Below are positions 8,685 through 19,086 of a stretch of 49,755 bases of DNA, piece after piece. How positions within the stretch are numbered: the first letter of the stretch is position 1; each line of letters begins with the position of its first letter. Under the pieces are notes generated by a model. The model was not told the origin of the DNA. It ran no database searches and was given only the letters and a program-made list of their open reading frames with translations. The stretch comes from Candidatus Zixiibacteriota bacterium (lineage in GTDB: Bacteria > Zixibacteria > MSB-5A5 > GN15 > JAAZOE01). The stretch covers positions 1-49,755 of the forward strand of contig JBDREQ010000014.1 in the NCBI GenBank assembly GCA_043819555.1. Direction: 5' to 3'. The translations under genes were made by a program, and so were the position numbers.

Positions 8685-9038
8685 TTAAACCGAAAAAGAC
8701 GTTCCGCAGCTGCATCCCCGAAGAGATTTGGGATTTTCAAACTGGAAGCCGCCGGTCAAAAGTTCAGTTGAAAAATCTATGGTTGTGCCGCCTATGTAAA
8801 TCAATGATTTTTGGTCGATGACTATTTTTAATCCTTCGGTTTCAATGACTCGGTCATATTCGTCGATTTTATTATCGAATGACATGGCATAACTCAAACC
8901 ACTACATCCGCCCCCCTTGACGCCAACACGGAGTATCGAGTTTTCTTCTTTTTGTTCTGCGATAAGCCGTTTGACTTCGGCAATTGCCGCGGGTGTCATA
9001 TGTATTGTTTCCTGCGTTTCCGTATTAATCTCAGACAT
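8685..9038 (-). CDS. iscA: A-type Fe-S carrier IscA (HesB family)
   Basis: LRVGVKGGGCSGLSY...FENP....GCSCGTSFSV; TGATG overlap with the iscU stop. Confidence 0.95.
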   Translation of the reverse strand: MSEINTETQETIHMTPAAIAEVKRLIAEQKEENSILRVGVKGGGCSGLSYAMSFDNKIDEYDRVIETEGLKIVIDQKSLIYIGGTTIDFSTELLTGGFQFENPKSLRGCSCGTSFSV

Positions 9039-9469
9039 CAAGCCGCCCTTTCCTCATGTAATCTCTTTTCTGGTTTTTCTTTATCGCCTTTCCCATTTTT
9101 TTCCATGTAGTCGCTCAAGGCCGCTTTGAGAGCGTCTTCGGCCAGAACCGAGCAATGAATTTTGACCGGCGGAAGAGATAGTTCGTTGACGATATCAGTA
9201 TTTTTGATTTTCATAGCCTCTTCGACTGATTTTCCCTTGACCCATTCGGTTGCCAGGGAAGATGAAGCGATAGCCGAACCGCAGCCAAAAGTTTTAAATT
9301 TTGCGTCTTCAATGACGTTATCTTCGTTAATCCTTAACTGCAATTTCATGACGTCTCCGCATTCGGGAGCGCCGACAATGCCGGTCCCGACGTGGGAATC
9401 GTTTTTATCAAGAGATCCCATATTGCGGGGATTCTTGAAGTGGTCAATTAGTTTTTCCGAGTAAGCCAT
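9038..9469 (-). CDS. iscU: Fe-S scaffold IscU
   Basis: GAPECGDVMKLQ, FKTFGCGSAIASSS, LPPVKIHCSVLAEDA (LPPVK is the HscA-binding motif). Confidence 0.97.
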   Translation of the reverse strand: MAYSEKLIDHFKNPRNMGSLDKNDSHVGTGIVGAPECGDVMKLQLRINEDNVIEDAKFKTFGCGSAIASSSLATEWVKGKSVEEAMKIKNTDIVNELSLPPVKIHCSVLAEDALKAALSDYMEKNGKGDKEKPEKRLHEERAA

Positions 9470-9510
9470 ATTATTATCCTCCGGATTGTATATCCAAAAT
9501 TATTGTTTAC

Positions 9511-10725
9511 TTAATGTTCTGTCCATGCTACTGATTTAAGGTCGACGCCTTCTTTGGCCATCTCATAGAGGGGTGACATTTCCCTCAAACGTGTGACCGC
9601 CTGGACAATTTTTTTGCCAACATATTCAACTTCTTCTTCATTCGTGAAGCGGCCCAGGCCGAAACGGATGGAGCTGTGGGCCAGTTCATCATCGACGCCA
9701 AGAGCCATCAAAACATGGGATGCGTCGAGCGTCGCTGAAGTACACGCTGAACCGGATGACAAAGCGACATCGTCCATCTCCATGAGAAGCGATTCTCCTT
9801 CGATATAGGCGAAGGAAATATTCAAATTTCCGGGGAGACGTTTTTCGGGATGACCATTGAGATAGACTTCGTCAAGCTGACCCATAATTATATTTTTTAA
9901 TTTTTCTCTAAGATTGGTCAAGCGATTGGCTTCATGCTCCATTTCTTCTACGGCCAATTCGACCGCTTTTCCAAAACCAATAATTCCGGGGACGTTCAGC
10001 GTTCCCGAACGCAGGCCGCGCTCATGGCCACCGCCGTCAATTAGCGCGGTGCAGCGAACACGCGGATTTTTGCGGCGGACATAAAGAGCGCCAACGCCTT
10101 TGGGACCGTAAATTTTGTGGGCTGAAATCGACATTAAATCGATATTCATAGTATTGACGTTGAGGGGAATTTTGCCCAAAGCCTGAGTGGCGTCAGTATG
10201 GAAAAAGACGTTATTCTCGCGGGCGATGGCGCCGATTTCCTCAAGGGGCTGGATGACTCCGATCTCATTATTAACGGCCATAATTGAGATCAATATCGTT
10301 TTATCGGTAATGGCGTTGCGCAGGTCGTCCAAGTTTATGATTCCGAATTTATCAACGGGCAGGTATGTGACTTTTATTCCCAGGCGTTCCAATCTAGCGG
10401 CGGTATCTAAAATAGCCGGGTGTTCGGTTTTAACCGTTATAATGTGATTGCCCCGAGAGGCATACATTTCAGTAATTCCCTTTAGAACGATGTTGTTTGA
10501 TTCGGTCGCCCCGCTGGTGAAGACTATCTCAGGAGTCAAGGCTCCGATTGCGTCGGCAATAACTGCCCGGGCGTTTTCCACCGCTTTTTCGGCCTCCCAG
10601 CCAAATGAATGGTTGCGGCTGGCCGCATTTCCAAATTTCTCGGAAAAGAACGGCAACATTGCTTCGACAACTCGAATATCAGCAGGCGTTGTTGCCTGAT
10701 AATCCATATAAATAGGAGTTTTCAT
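9511..10725 (-). CDS. iscS: Cysteine desulfurase IscS
   Basis: [36 protein letters not shown]-terminus. Confidence 0.97.
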   Translation of the reverse strand: MKTPIYMDYQATTPADIRVVEAMLPFFSEKFGNAASRNHSFGWEAEKAVENARAVIADAIGALTPEIVFTSGATESNNIVLKGITEMYASRGNHIITVKTEHPAILDTAARLERLGIKVTYLPVDKFGIINLDDLRNAITDKTILISIMAVNNEIGVIQPLEEIGAIARENNVFFHTDATQALGKIPLNVNTMNIDLMSISAHKIYGPKGVGALYVRRKNPRVRCTALIDGGGHERGLRSGTLNVPGIIGFGKAVELAVEEMEHEANRLTNLREKLKNIIMGQLDEVYLNGHPEKRLPGNLNISFAYIEGESLLMEMDDVALSSGSACTSATLDASHVLMALGVDDELAHSSIRFGLGRFTNEEEVEYVGKKIVQAVTRLREMSPLYEMAKEGVDLKSVAWTEH

Positions 10726-10749
10726 ACTCTCAATCCTTCAGAATAATTT

Positions 10750-11166
10750 TCATATTTTGTATCGCTCTGCCACAAAATCAGACAGAGTGGTTTCTTTGAA
10801 TATATTTTCCATTTGAACATTGACGCGTTGCATTGGAAGGCGAATCCGGCAGGAAGAAAACTTGCCGCAAATATCCTCGTCTGAAGCGCATTCAATTAAG
10901 GCCGGTTTATTTTCAAGGGCTATTATAATATCCGCCAGGGAAACATTAGCGGCATTTCGAGCCAATTGAAAACCTCCGCTGGGTCCCGCAAAAGAATTCG
11001 CCAATCCGGCCTTTACAAGCTCTGACATGATTTTTGACAGAAGCTCTTTTGGGAGGACAAGATTATTCGCAATTTGGGCCGCATTGGCAATCTGGCCATC
11101 ATGAAGGGACGATAAGTAAGTTAAGGCGCTGAGCCCATATTCAGTTCTTTTTGATAACGAGAACAT
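10750..11166 (-). CDS. iscR: Rrf2-family regulator, IscR-like
   Basis: Rrf2 wHTH (GPSGGFQLAR) with three Cys (ECASDEDICGKFSSC); first gene of the ISC operon. Confidence 0.8.
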   Translation of the reverse strand: MFSLSKRTEYGLSALTYLSSLHDGQIANAAQIANNLVLPKELLSKIMSELVKAGLANSFAGPSGGFQLARNAANVSLADIIIALENKPALIECASDEDICGKFSSCRIRLPMQRVNVQMENIFKETTLSDFVAERYKI

Positions 11167-11171
11167 ATTTC

Positions 11172-11215
11172 TTATTCCGACCTTTTTAGTCTCCGACTGT
11201 TTTGGTCGGAGATAG
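11172..11215. promoter_or_regulatory. Tandem IscR/Rrf2-type operator boxes
   Basis: TCTCCGAC-N7-GTCGGAGA perfect IR (11190-11212) plus overlapping TTCCGAC-N7-GTC (11175-11191). Both have the GAC-N7-GTC core of IscR type-1 sites. Confidence 0.75.
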
Positions 11216-11499
11216 CTTTAAAAAAAACTCATAATAACATGGATAATAATAAGCCATGTTAATATATACATCATATAGAGTAACGGTATTTGTGATGGAG
11301 AGTTCCCTCAAATGCGCTAATCTGGAAAAAAATGACCCAGAATGCCAAAAAAAATATGGAAAACTTGGTCGATTATTACTATTATTGCGTATTATAGTTT
11401 GAGAGTTTACCGGGCAGTTTGCTTTACTAATGATTATTTGGCAGGCTTTACACAAACATTGCCAATGAAAAGCGAACAAAAATAAGGATTTAGGGTTTT

Positions 11500-11907
11500 A
11501 TGCAAATATCAAGAAAAGCGGATTATGCATTGCGGGCGGTGGGATATTTATCGCAGTTGAAGAAAACTGAATTGGCATCAATAGGCCGCGTGGCCAAGGC
11601 GCGCAAAATTCCTCGCGAATTTTTGGCAAAAATACTGAAAGAACTAACGCGGTCCGGCATTCTTGTTTCATTTCAGGGTGTGACGGGCGGATATCGTTTA
11701 TCACGTTCACCAAAGGAGATAACATTTTTGGAAGTTATAGAGGCGATGGAGGGTCCGGTTCGGGTTAATTTGTGCGTGGATGATCGTCACTGCGAATGCA
11801 CCAATGAAAAAAGCTGCGAGATCCGGCCATTTTTCCTGAAGCAGCAGGAGCTGATAACCAAGGCTCTGCGTCGTCAGCATTTTGGACATCTTACGCCTGT
11901 TTCATAA
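11500..11907 (+). CDS. Rrf2-family transcriptional regulator (second, divergent)
   Basis: ADYALRAV...IPREFLAKILKEL...GVTGGYRLSR; Cys cluster CVDDRHCECTNEKSC. Confidence 0.92.
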   Translation: MQISRKADYALRAVGYLSQLKKTELASIGRVAKARKIPREFLAKILKELTRSGILVSFQGVTGGYRLSRSPKEITFLEVIEAMEGPVRVNLCVDDRHCECTNEKSCEIRPFFLKQQELITKALRRQHFGHLTPVS

Positions 11908-12148
11908 ATCGGTGATTACTACGCTCCAGGTTTTTTAATCTCTTATTGGGATTTGTCATCTGATAGTAATTTCAGCGCCATAATTTAATCTGAGAATTAT
12001 TGGTAGGCGTGGGATAGTCTCTATCAACGGTGTTGCGTTTAGCGGCCTCATTTTATATCTTTATCAGGCATCATCGGGCAATATAGATGGTATAGAAGAT
12101 GAAATATGGGTGAACGATTTTATACACTATTAGTTTTTGGAGAGTGTT

Positions 12149-13030
12149 ATGGATGAAAATAAAGAGTTGATGACAGTAAAAATCGGTTTGGCTGAAATGT
12201 TACGCAATGGTGTTATTATGGATGTTACCAATGCCGAGCAGGCCAAAATCGCCGAAGGCAGCGGCGCAGTGGCGGTGATGGCTCTTGAACGCGTGCCGTC
12301 CGACATAAGGGCTGAAGGAGGCGTTGCCCGCATGGCGGATCCCGAGATTATTGAAAAAATAAAATCAACGGTCAGCATACCTGTGATGGCCAAATGCAGA
12401 ATCGGGCATTTTGCGGAAGCGCAGATTCTCGAAGCGCTGGAGGTCGATTTTATTGATGAGTCAGAAGTCCTGACACCGGCTGATTATGAAAACCATGTCG
12501 ATAAGTATCAGTTTCGTATTCCATTTGTTTGCGGATGCCGCAATTTGTCTGAAGCGCTGCGGCGTATCGCTGAAGGCGCGGCCTTGATTCGTACTAAAGG
12601 CGAAGCCGGAACTGGAGACGTTTCCGAAGCGGTAAAGCATTTGAGATTGATAAATAGACAGATTGGAGAATTAACAGTTGCACGAGCCGATGTTCTGCCG
12701 ACGATGGCAAAAGAACTTGCGGCTCCGCTGCATTTGGTAAGATATGTGGCCGAGAATGGACGATTGCCGGTTCCTAATTTCGCGGCCGGAGGAATTGCGA
12801 CTCCCGCCGACGCATCATTGTGTATGCAGCTTGGCGCTGAATCTGTTTTTGTTGGTTCGGGTATTTTTAAATCCGAAAATCCTGAGCTGATGGCAAAGGC
12901 AATCGTTACGGCTGTGGCGCAGTTTGATAATCCCAAGGAACTGGCGAATATTTCGAAAGGTCTGGGTAAAGGGATGAAAGGCCGGAGCGTTGCTTCCATT
13001 GACGAATCGGAATTGTTGCATACGCGATGA
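12149..13030 (+). CDS. pdxS: Pyridoxal 5'-phosphate synthase lyase subunit PdxS
   Basis: [42 protein letters not shown] 12149 follows GGAGAG. Confidence 0.97.
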   Translation: MDENKELMTVKIGLAEMLRNGVIMDVTNAEQAKIAEGSGAVAVMALERVPSDIRAEGGVARMADPEIIEKIKSTVSIPVMAKCRIGHFAEAQILEALEVDFIDESEVLTPADYENHVDKYQFRIPFVCGCRNLSEALRRIAEGAALIRTKGEAGTGDVSEAVKHLRLINRQIGELTVARADVLPTMAKELAAPLHLVRYVAENGRLPVPNFAAGGIATPADASLCMQLGAESVFVGSGIFKSENPELMAKAIVTAVAQFDNPKELANISKGLGKGMKGRSVASIDESELLHTR

Positions 13031-13617
13031 CGTCCAAATGTCCCGTTGTCGGTCTGCTGGCTCTCCAGGGCGATTATCAGAAACACGAGGAGGTTCTGCT
13101 GCGCCTGGATGTTCCCACGATTGAGATTCATAGCGCCGGAGATTTCTCCCAAATTGATAGACTGATAATACCCGGGGGTGAATCTACGACGATGCTCAAG
13201 CTTCTCAAGAGATTTGATTTAGAGGACAATTTTGTATCATTTGCCAGAGAAAAACCCGTGTGGGGTACTTGCGCCGGGATGATTCTACTGGCGGCAAAAA
13301 TAAATAATAGCGGCCAAAAAGCATTTGGCCTGATAGATATTGAGATTGACCGCAATGGCTACGGTCGGCAATATTTTTCAACCGTAGCCGATTCGCAAAT
13401 TTCACTCAATGGCCATTCCGAAAAACTCAAATTGGTTTTTATTCGCGCTCCTCGAGTGACTCGTGTGGGAGATAAGGCTAAGGTACTAATGGAATGGAAT
13501 GGCGATCCGGTTTTACTTTGTCAAAATAATATTTTGGTGTCATCGTTTCATCCCGAATTGACCGGTTCATCCTTATTGCACGAATATTTTGTATCAAAAT
13601 TCTGTCGAAATACGTAA
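13027..13617 (+). CDS. pdxT: PLP synthase glutaminase subunit PdxT
   Basis: LALQG, PGGEST, GTCAG, FIRAP, FHPE; ATGA overlap with pdxS. Confidence 0.96.
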   Translation: MTSKCPVVGLLALQGDYQKHEEVLLRLDVPTIEIHSAGDFSQIDRLIIPGGESTTMLKLLKRFDLEDNFVSFAREKPVWGTCAGMILLAAKINNSGQKAFGLIDIEIDRNGYGRQYFSTVADSQISLNGHSEKLKLVFIRAPRVTRVGDKAKVLMEWNGDPVLLCQNNILVSSFHPELTGSSLLHEYFVSKFCRNT

Positions 13618-13646
13618 CAAGGATTGAGCATTCTCAAAGCAAGCAC

Positions 13647-14591
13647 ATGAAGATGAATATTAAAAAGATAATCCTGGCATCGCATTATGGCTTCTGCATG
13701 GGTGTAAAAAGGGCGATTAAAATCGCCGAAGAAACAGGTATATCAAAAACAGGGCCGGTCAATGTACTCAATGAAATCGTCCATAATGACGCCGTTGTGC
13801 AAAAACTATCCGGGGAAGGGGTTGGGTCAGTCAATTCCGTGAAAAAGGCTTCAAAGGGTACGGTGATAATATCGGCTCACGGACAGCCTCGCTCAACGTT
13901 TGAGGAAGCGAAAAGGCTGGGATTAAAGGTTGTTGACGCGACCTGTCCTCTTGTTATCAGAATTCAAGACACTATTCAAGATTTAATCAAAAAGGACTAT
14001 TATATTATCCATTTCGGTGATTTGAAGCATGATGAAACAAAAGGCGTTGTCGGTTATGCCCCGGAAGGAAGAGTCATAGTTATTGGCCAGGTCGGTGATT
14101 TAAAGAATATCGATTTATCCCGGGCAAAAGTAGCCTTAACTTCGCAGACAACGGCACGGGTAGAGGATTTTGAACAAATCAGCGCCGAGGTCAGGAAGAT
14201 TATACCACATATTGAAGTTTTTAACACGATTTGTGATGCGACAACTCAAAGACAGGCGGCTGTTATGGAATTTGCCGGCAAAGTCGATGTTATTTTTGTA
14301 GTGGGTTCTTCCAGTTCCGCAAATTCGAACAGATTACGTTCAATTTCCGAGGAGATTTGCGGTCGAGCCTATCTAATCAATTCGGCGCAATCGCTTGAGC
14401 ATGAATGGTTGGATGGCGCCACCAATGTCGGCTTAACAGCCGGAGCTTCGACGCCGGAATATCTTGTCGATGAAGTTATTTCATATTTGCTGCAATTATC
14501 CGGCGGTCAGGCGCAGGTAATCCGCACCAGGAAAAAACGTAAGAGTCGGCATCATGATGAACAGGAACAAATATCTGAGGATAGATTGTAA
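13647..14591 (+). CDS. ispH: 4-hydroxy-3-methylbut-2-enyl diphosphate reductase
   Basis: GFCMGVKRA, IVHN, SAHG, DATCPLV, TICDAT, SANSNRL, TAGASTP. Confidence 0.96.
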   Translation: MKMNIKKIILASHYGFCMGVKRAIKIAEETGISKTGPVNVLNEIVHNDAVVQKLSGEGVGSVNSVKKASKGTVIISAHGQPRSTFEEAKRLGLKVVDATCPLVIRIQDTIQDLIKKDYYIIHFGDLKHDETKGVVGYAPEGRVIVIGQVGDLKNIDLSRAKVALTSQTTARVEDFEQISAEVRKIIPHIEVFNTICDATTQRQAAVMEFAGKVDVIFVVGSSSSANSNRLRSISEEICGRAYLINSAQSLEHEWLDGATNVGLTAGASTPEYLVDEVISYLLQLSGGQAQVIRTRKKRKSRHHDEQEQISEDRL

Positions 14592-14620
14592 TTGTCATTA
14601 AATCAGAATGCGATTAATTC

Positions 14621-14926
14621 ATGAGTAAATCAATCAGATTAGGACCCGCCGCGGAGATTTCGGCCGGTGATTCAATGATATATAATCTTGATGCGATAGA
14701 TGTCGCCGTTTATAATATTAAAGGGAAATATTATGCAATAGGCGTTAATTGCCCTCACGCCGGGGTAGTTATAACAAAAGGAATCGTTGATAGGAGTATC
14801 ATAACCTGCCCCGGTCATGGGTATAAATTTGATATTATAACCGGGCGGTGTCAGAATGATCCCGGGCTCAGTCTGGCGAAATTTGATTTGGAAAATTCAA
14901 ATGGAATTTTGTACGTGTCCTTTTAA
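14621..14926 (+). CDS. Rieske [2Fe-2S] ferredoxin
   Basis: CPHAG...CPGHG Rieske motifs. Confidence 0.9.
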   Translation: MSKSIRLGPAAEISAGDSMIYNLDAIDVAVYNIKGKYYAIGVNCPHAGVVITKGIVDRSIITCPGHGYKFDIITGRCQNDPGLSLAKFDLENSNGILYVSF

Positions 14927-15044
14927 TGTTTTTAGTACATCTCGAATAGAAAGTTGTGGCGTGATAATTTAGCATCAAGCAATATTCATGAAAATCAAAG
15001 TACTTTGACGGATAAGAACGCGCGATGACAGACAGGAGATAAAG

Positions 15045-15668
15045 ATGAAGTTTAGTAATATAGATTCGTATTTGCATAAAATAACTCCTCAGAGCGAGAA
15101 AATCCTGAAGGAGATGGAAGATTGCGCCACGGAAAAGGGCTTTCCGATTATTGGTCCCTTAGTGGGCAGATTTTTATGTCAGATGGCGATGGTGATGAAA
15201 GCAAAAAAAATACTTGAGCTGGGATCGGGATTCGGATATTCGGCTTACTGGTTTTCGCTGGGCATGGGCGGACGGGGACAGATTGTCATGACCGACGCCG
15301 ATTCATCAAATAAAGAGCAGGCTTTTCAATATTTTGTTCGCGGCGGCTTAAAAACCTCAATAAAATTCCTGGTAGGGGATGCCTTGAAGTCGGCAGACTC
15401 CTTGAGAGGGGGGTTTGATATTGTACTCAATGATATTGACAAGGCAGAATATCCCAAGACAATTGAAATCGCTCATCGGTTGTTGCGCCCGCGCGGATTA
15501 TTTATCACCGATAATTTAATATGGTCGGGTAAAGTATTTAATCCTGAGGTGAAGGATAAAGATACTAAGGGAATTCGCAGATTTACCAAGATGCTGTATT
15601 CCGATGATCGATTTCTGACCTCTGTTCTTCCAATAAGAGACGGAGTATCGGTGGCGGTTAGGCGCTAA
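15045..15668 (+). CDS. SAM-dependent O-methyltransferase (Methyltransf_3)
   Basis: LELGSGFGYS, DIDKAEY, DNLIWSG, PIRDGV. Confidence 0.92.
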   Translation: MKFSNIDSYLHKITPQSEKILKEMEDCATEKGFPIIGPLVGRFLCQMAMVMKAKKILELGSGFGYSAYWFSLGMGGRGQIVMTDADSSNKEQAFQYFVRGGLKTSIKFLVGDALKSADSLRGGFDIVLNDIDKAEYPKTIEIAHRLLRPRGLFITDNLIWSGKVFNPEVKDKDTKGIRRFTKMLYSDDRFLTSVLPIRDGVSVAVRR

Positions 15669-15778
15669 TTTTCTTGTTTTAATTGAAACAAAGAGGCAAA
15701 AAAATACGTTTTAAGATTAATCAATATCGACTTAACTTACGTCTTTAGATTTTCAAAGTCATACTGTTTGCAGGAGAG

Positions 15779-15805
15779 TAAAGTTTTATACGAAATGGCC
15801 GATGT
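15779..15805 (+). promoter_or_regulatory. Sigma28 (FliA)-type promoter
   Basis: TAAAGTTT-N11-GCCGATGT; consensus is TAAAGTTT-N11-GCCGATAA. Confidence 0.65.
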
Positions 15806-15931
15806 TTTTCATATAGAGGGGTATTTGATCATAAAAATAACTTGCTCAACGCATTAAAAAATATATATTGTTGGGCTTAATCAGGTCTATTACTGTAATT
15901 TCAAAAAAATCACCCGCTGGCCGGAGGAGAA

Positions 15932-16342
15932 ATGTTAAAACGAGCGCAAATGTACTGTAAAAAATCCAATTCTTCTTGTGAGGAGGCAATATCATTTCTT
16001 GAAGAAAATGGCGTTATTGTTTCAATACGAGATATGGACAAGAATCCGCTAACCCGAAAAGAATTAAACAAGATTTTGGGATACCAGAATCCGAAATATT
16101 ATCTCGATATTGCATCGCCAACTTACAGCAAGAAAAAATTGGACAGTAAAATGCCACCTCGCGAAGAATTATTGAAAATGATTGTTGAACATCCCGAGCT
16201 ATTACGTTATCCGATCATTCAATCGGGACGATTGATGACGTTCGGTACCGGAAAGAAACAGATGATTGAAATGTTTCAAATACCCACGTCAGATAATGGT
16301 TCCGGGAAAAATAAGAAGTCAAATAGAGTGGGAAGTCATTAA
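15932..16342 (+). CDS. ArsC/Spx/MgsR-family protein
   Basis: C..A..FL..NGV, PLTRKEL, M.EHPELLRYPII; GGAGGA RBS. Confidence 0.85.
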   Translation: MLKRAQMYCKKSNSSCEEAISFLEENGVIVSIRDMDKNPLTRKELNKILGYQNPKYYLDIASPTYSKKKLDSKMPPREELLKMIVEHPELLRYPIIQSGRLMTFGTGKKQMIEMFQIPTSDNGSGKNKKSNRVGSH

Positions 16343-16450
16343 GTTTCTTCTACTGATTTTGTATTCTTTCATAATACCAATCAGCAATTCGTTAATTCTT
16401 TACATTAATTCGGGATTGCGCTATATTCAATCCGAATAAAGGAGACGGAA

Positions 16451-18112
16451 ATGGATATAGAGCGCGATATTCTGGAAGTTGATGTGTTAATCGTTGGCGC
16501 CGGCCCGGCCGGTCTTGCCTGCGCTTATCATATAATGAGACATCTCGAAGGGAAAGAGGGCGAACCTCCCACTATTTTGGTTGTCGAAAAAGGCAGCTAT
16601 CCAGGGGCTCATAGTCTTTCCGGAGCGGTAATGGACCCGTCCGGTATTTCTACCTTGATTCCCGATTTTTTGGAAAGGCGAATGCCTCATGAGGGACAAG
16701 TTGAGAAAGATTCACTGTTTTACCTAAACAAAACCTCTCACTTTAAATTTCCTTTTACTCCTCCGGGAATGAGCAACGAGGGCAAGTATATAATTTCCTT
16801 GAATAAGTTTATCAGCTGGCTGGCAGAGCAAACCGAAGCCCTGGGAGTTGAAATATACCCAGAAACGGCCGCCTATGATCTGATTGTTGAAAACGGCCAA
16901 ACGATCGGAATCCAAACGGTTGATATGGGTTTGGATAAGGAAGGAAATAAACGCGCGAATTTTGAACCGGGAACGATAATTAAGGCAAGAGTAACAGTTT
17001 TGGCCGAGGGAACGCACGGCTCGCTTATCAAGCAAACTCGCGAAAAGTTGGCGATATTCAATGAAAGTATCAGTCAGTCGTATTTAACCGGTGTCAAGGA
17101 AGTTTGGGAAGTACCTGAGGGTCGTTTGGGAGATGGCGAGATTATTCATACTTTCGGCGCGCCACTTGAGAATTTTGAGTATGGCGGCGGATTCATATAC
17201 AAAATGTCCGGCAAACTGGCGACGATTGGTTTCGCGGTTGGACTGAATTCTCCCGATCCGACCAATGACCCCCATCGGAAATTCCAGGAGTTCAAGCTTC
17301 ATCCTTCGATTAAAAGAATTTTTGAAGGCGGCGTTATGCTCCATTACGGAGCCAAGACAATTCCCGAGGGTGGATATTACGCCATGCCCCGGCTGTACGA
17401 CAACAATCTTTTAATAATTGGCGACGGCGCCGGATTTTTGAATTCGCAGCGATTGAAGGGAATACACCTGGCGATTCATTCGGGCATGATGGCGGCCGAT
17501 ACTATTGCCGAAGCGATTGAGAAAGATGATTATTCCTCGGCGACATTGAAGAAAATGCAAACTCGTTTTGAAAAATGCTCCGCCCGCGATGAGCTATATA
17601 AGGTCCGCAACTATCACCAGGGATTTGAAGGCGGTTTGTATAGCGGGATGATAAATTTCGGTTTTCAATTTCTAACCGGGGGGCGCGGTCTTTTTGACCG
17701 GCGCGAGTCAAGACCGGATCATGCTCATATGATGAAACATGACAGATTTTTCCAAGGCGGCAGGAAACCGAAAGAGCCGATGAAATTTGATAATCAATAT
17801 ACATATGATAAATTAACCGATGTATATAAAAGCGGCACCAAGCATGAAGAGGAGCAGCTATTGCATCTGGTCATCGCTGATTTTGATATCTGCAATAATA
17901 AGTGTACCGAAGAATACGGCAATCCCTGCCAGTATTTTTGCCCGGCCCAGGTTTATGAAATGGTCGATAACGATGATGGTTCAGGCAAACATCTACAGTT
18001 GACGCCATCAAACTGCGTTCATTGCAAAACCTGCGATATCGCCGATCCATATCAGATTATCAACTGGGTAGTGCCGGAAGGCGGCGGCGGCCCGAATTAC
18101 GAAAATTGCTGA
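16451..18112 (+). CDS. Electron transfer flavoprotein-quinone oxidoreductase
   Basis: IVGAGPAGL, GAHSLSGAVMDP, IPEGGY, KGIHLA; C-terminal FCPAQVYE...NCVHCKTCDIADP...PEGGGGPNY. Confidence 0.95.
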   Translation: MDIERDILEVDVLIVGAGPAGLACAYHIMRHLEGKEGEPPTILVVEKGSYPGAHSLSGAVMDPSGISTLIPDFLERRMPHEGQVEKDSLFYLNKTSHFKFPFTPPGMSNEGKYIISLNKFISWLAEQTEALGVEIYPETAAYDLIVENGQTIGIQTVDMGLDKEGNKRANFEPGTIIKARVTVLAEGTHGSLIKQTREKLAIFNESISQSYLTGVKEVWEVPEGRLGDGEIIHTFGAPLENFEYGGGFIYKMSGKLATIGFAVGLNSPDPTNDPHRKFQEFKLHPSIKRIFEGGVMLHYGAKTIPEGGYYAMPRLYDNNLLIIGDGAGFLNSQRLKGIHLAIHSGMMAADTIAEAIEKDDYSSATLKKMQTRFEKCSARDELYKVRNYHQGFEGGLYSGMINFGFQFLTGGRGLFDRRESRPDHAHMMKHDRFFQGGRKPKEPMKFDNQYTYDKLTDVYKSGTKHEEEQLLHLVIADFDICNNKCTEEYGNPCQYFCPAQVYEMVDNDDGSGKHLQLTPSNCVHCKTCDIADPYQIINWVVPEGGGGPNYENC

Positions 18113-18124
18113 TTATGCTCAAAT

Positions 18125-18154
18125 AAAAAAGCCCGTCTTAACCGGGCTTTTTTT
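18125..18154. terminator. Bidirectional intrinsic terminator
   Basis: AAAAAAGCCCG-N7-CGGGCTTTTTTT between convergent genes. Confidence 0.9.
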
Positions 18155-18172
18155 ACGCCTGGATGAATCTTT

Positions 18173-19066
18173 TTATTCAATCAATTTTTTTACATATTTC
18201 GGCAAGGCAAAGGCTCCGAAGTGGACGTCTTTGTTATAATAATTGCATTCGGATAGGTCGGTTGCCTCATACCGTTTTTCGTCAAAATCATCAAAGGGGT
18301 GGTATTTTTTTGAGCAGAATGCGAATGACCAAAAAGCTGATGGGTAAATCGGCATAAAACAGGTATACATCATGACTATTGGAAATATTTCCTTAAGGTT
18401 GGCATACATCGCTGAAACCGTACCGGGATTGAAAAGCGGCGATTCTGATTGAGCGACCATGATGCCATCGTCGTTTAGTTTCTCATATACGGTTGAGTGA
18501 AACTCTTTCTGGAAAAGATCGGCGGCAGGCCCGATCGGATCTGAAAGATCAAGAATTATGACATCAAATTTCTCATCGGTCTTTTCAATGAAATTTTTGC
18601 CGTCTTCAATAAGAACACGGCAGCGAGGGTCAGAGAAACCCCTGGTCAATTTGGGGAAATGTTTTTTTGAAATTTCGATAACTTTTTCATCGATTTCACA
18701 TATTGTACTGCGTTTTACACCATCATGCATTAAAACATTCGATGTGCTGCCGCCATCGCCTCCGCCGATTATAAGGACTTCTTCGGGGGATGGATGGACG
18801 AACAGGGGGACATGAGCGATCATTTCATTGTAGGCGCCGGTGTCGCCGTCGGCGACCATCAGGGAACCATAGAGAACGAGCGCTTTTCCGAATTCGGCGG
18901 TATCAAGGATATCAATGCGTTGAAATTCGGAATCGAGAGACTCTAAAACCCGGTCGACTTTTATGGTGAAGCCGGATTTATTCTGATGCAACTCCGTGTA
19001 CCAGACGTTCCATAGATCATCCATGGAATTTTCGCGAATATATTTTTTATCGCGTATTTCTGACAT
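18173..19066 (-). CDS. speE: Spermidine synthase (polyamine aminopropyltransferase)
   Basis: SEFQRIDI, YNEMIAH, LIIGGGDGG, CEID, DVIILDLSDPIGPA. Confidence 0.95.
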   Translation of the reverse strand: MSEIRDKKYIRENSMDDLWNVWYTELHQNKSGFTIKVDRVLESLDSEFQRIDILDTAEFGKALVLYGSLMVADGDTGAYNEMIAHVPLFVHPSPEEVLIIGGGDGGSTSNVLMHDGVKRSTICEIDEKVIEISKKHFPKLTRGFSDPRCRVLIEDGKNFIEKTDEKFDVIILDLSDPIGPAADLFQKEFHSTVYEKLNDDGIMVAQSESPLFNPGTVSAMYANLKEIFPIVMMYTCFMPIYPSAFWSFAFCSKKYHPFDDFDEKRYEATDLSECNYYNKDVHFGAFALPKYVKKLIE

Positions 19067-19086
19067 AAAACCCTATTTCCCTTTAT

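Noticed and set aside
11186..11479. 97-aa ORF between the two Rrf2 genes
   Set aside because: Covers the divergent promoter and operator region; composition is not protein-like.
13010..13030. pdxS pseudogene because it ends LLHTR without the usual terminal GW
   Set aside because: All catalytic motifs are intact and the stop overlaps the pdxT ATG (ATGA coupling), consistent with a natural short terminus.
12508..13152. 214-aa minus-strand ORF
   Set aside because: Antisense shadow of pdxS/pdxT.
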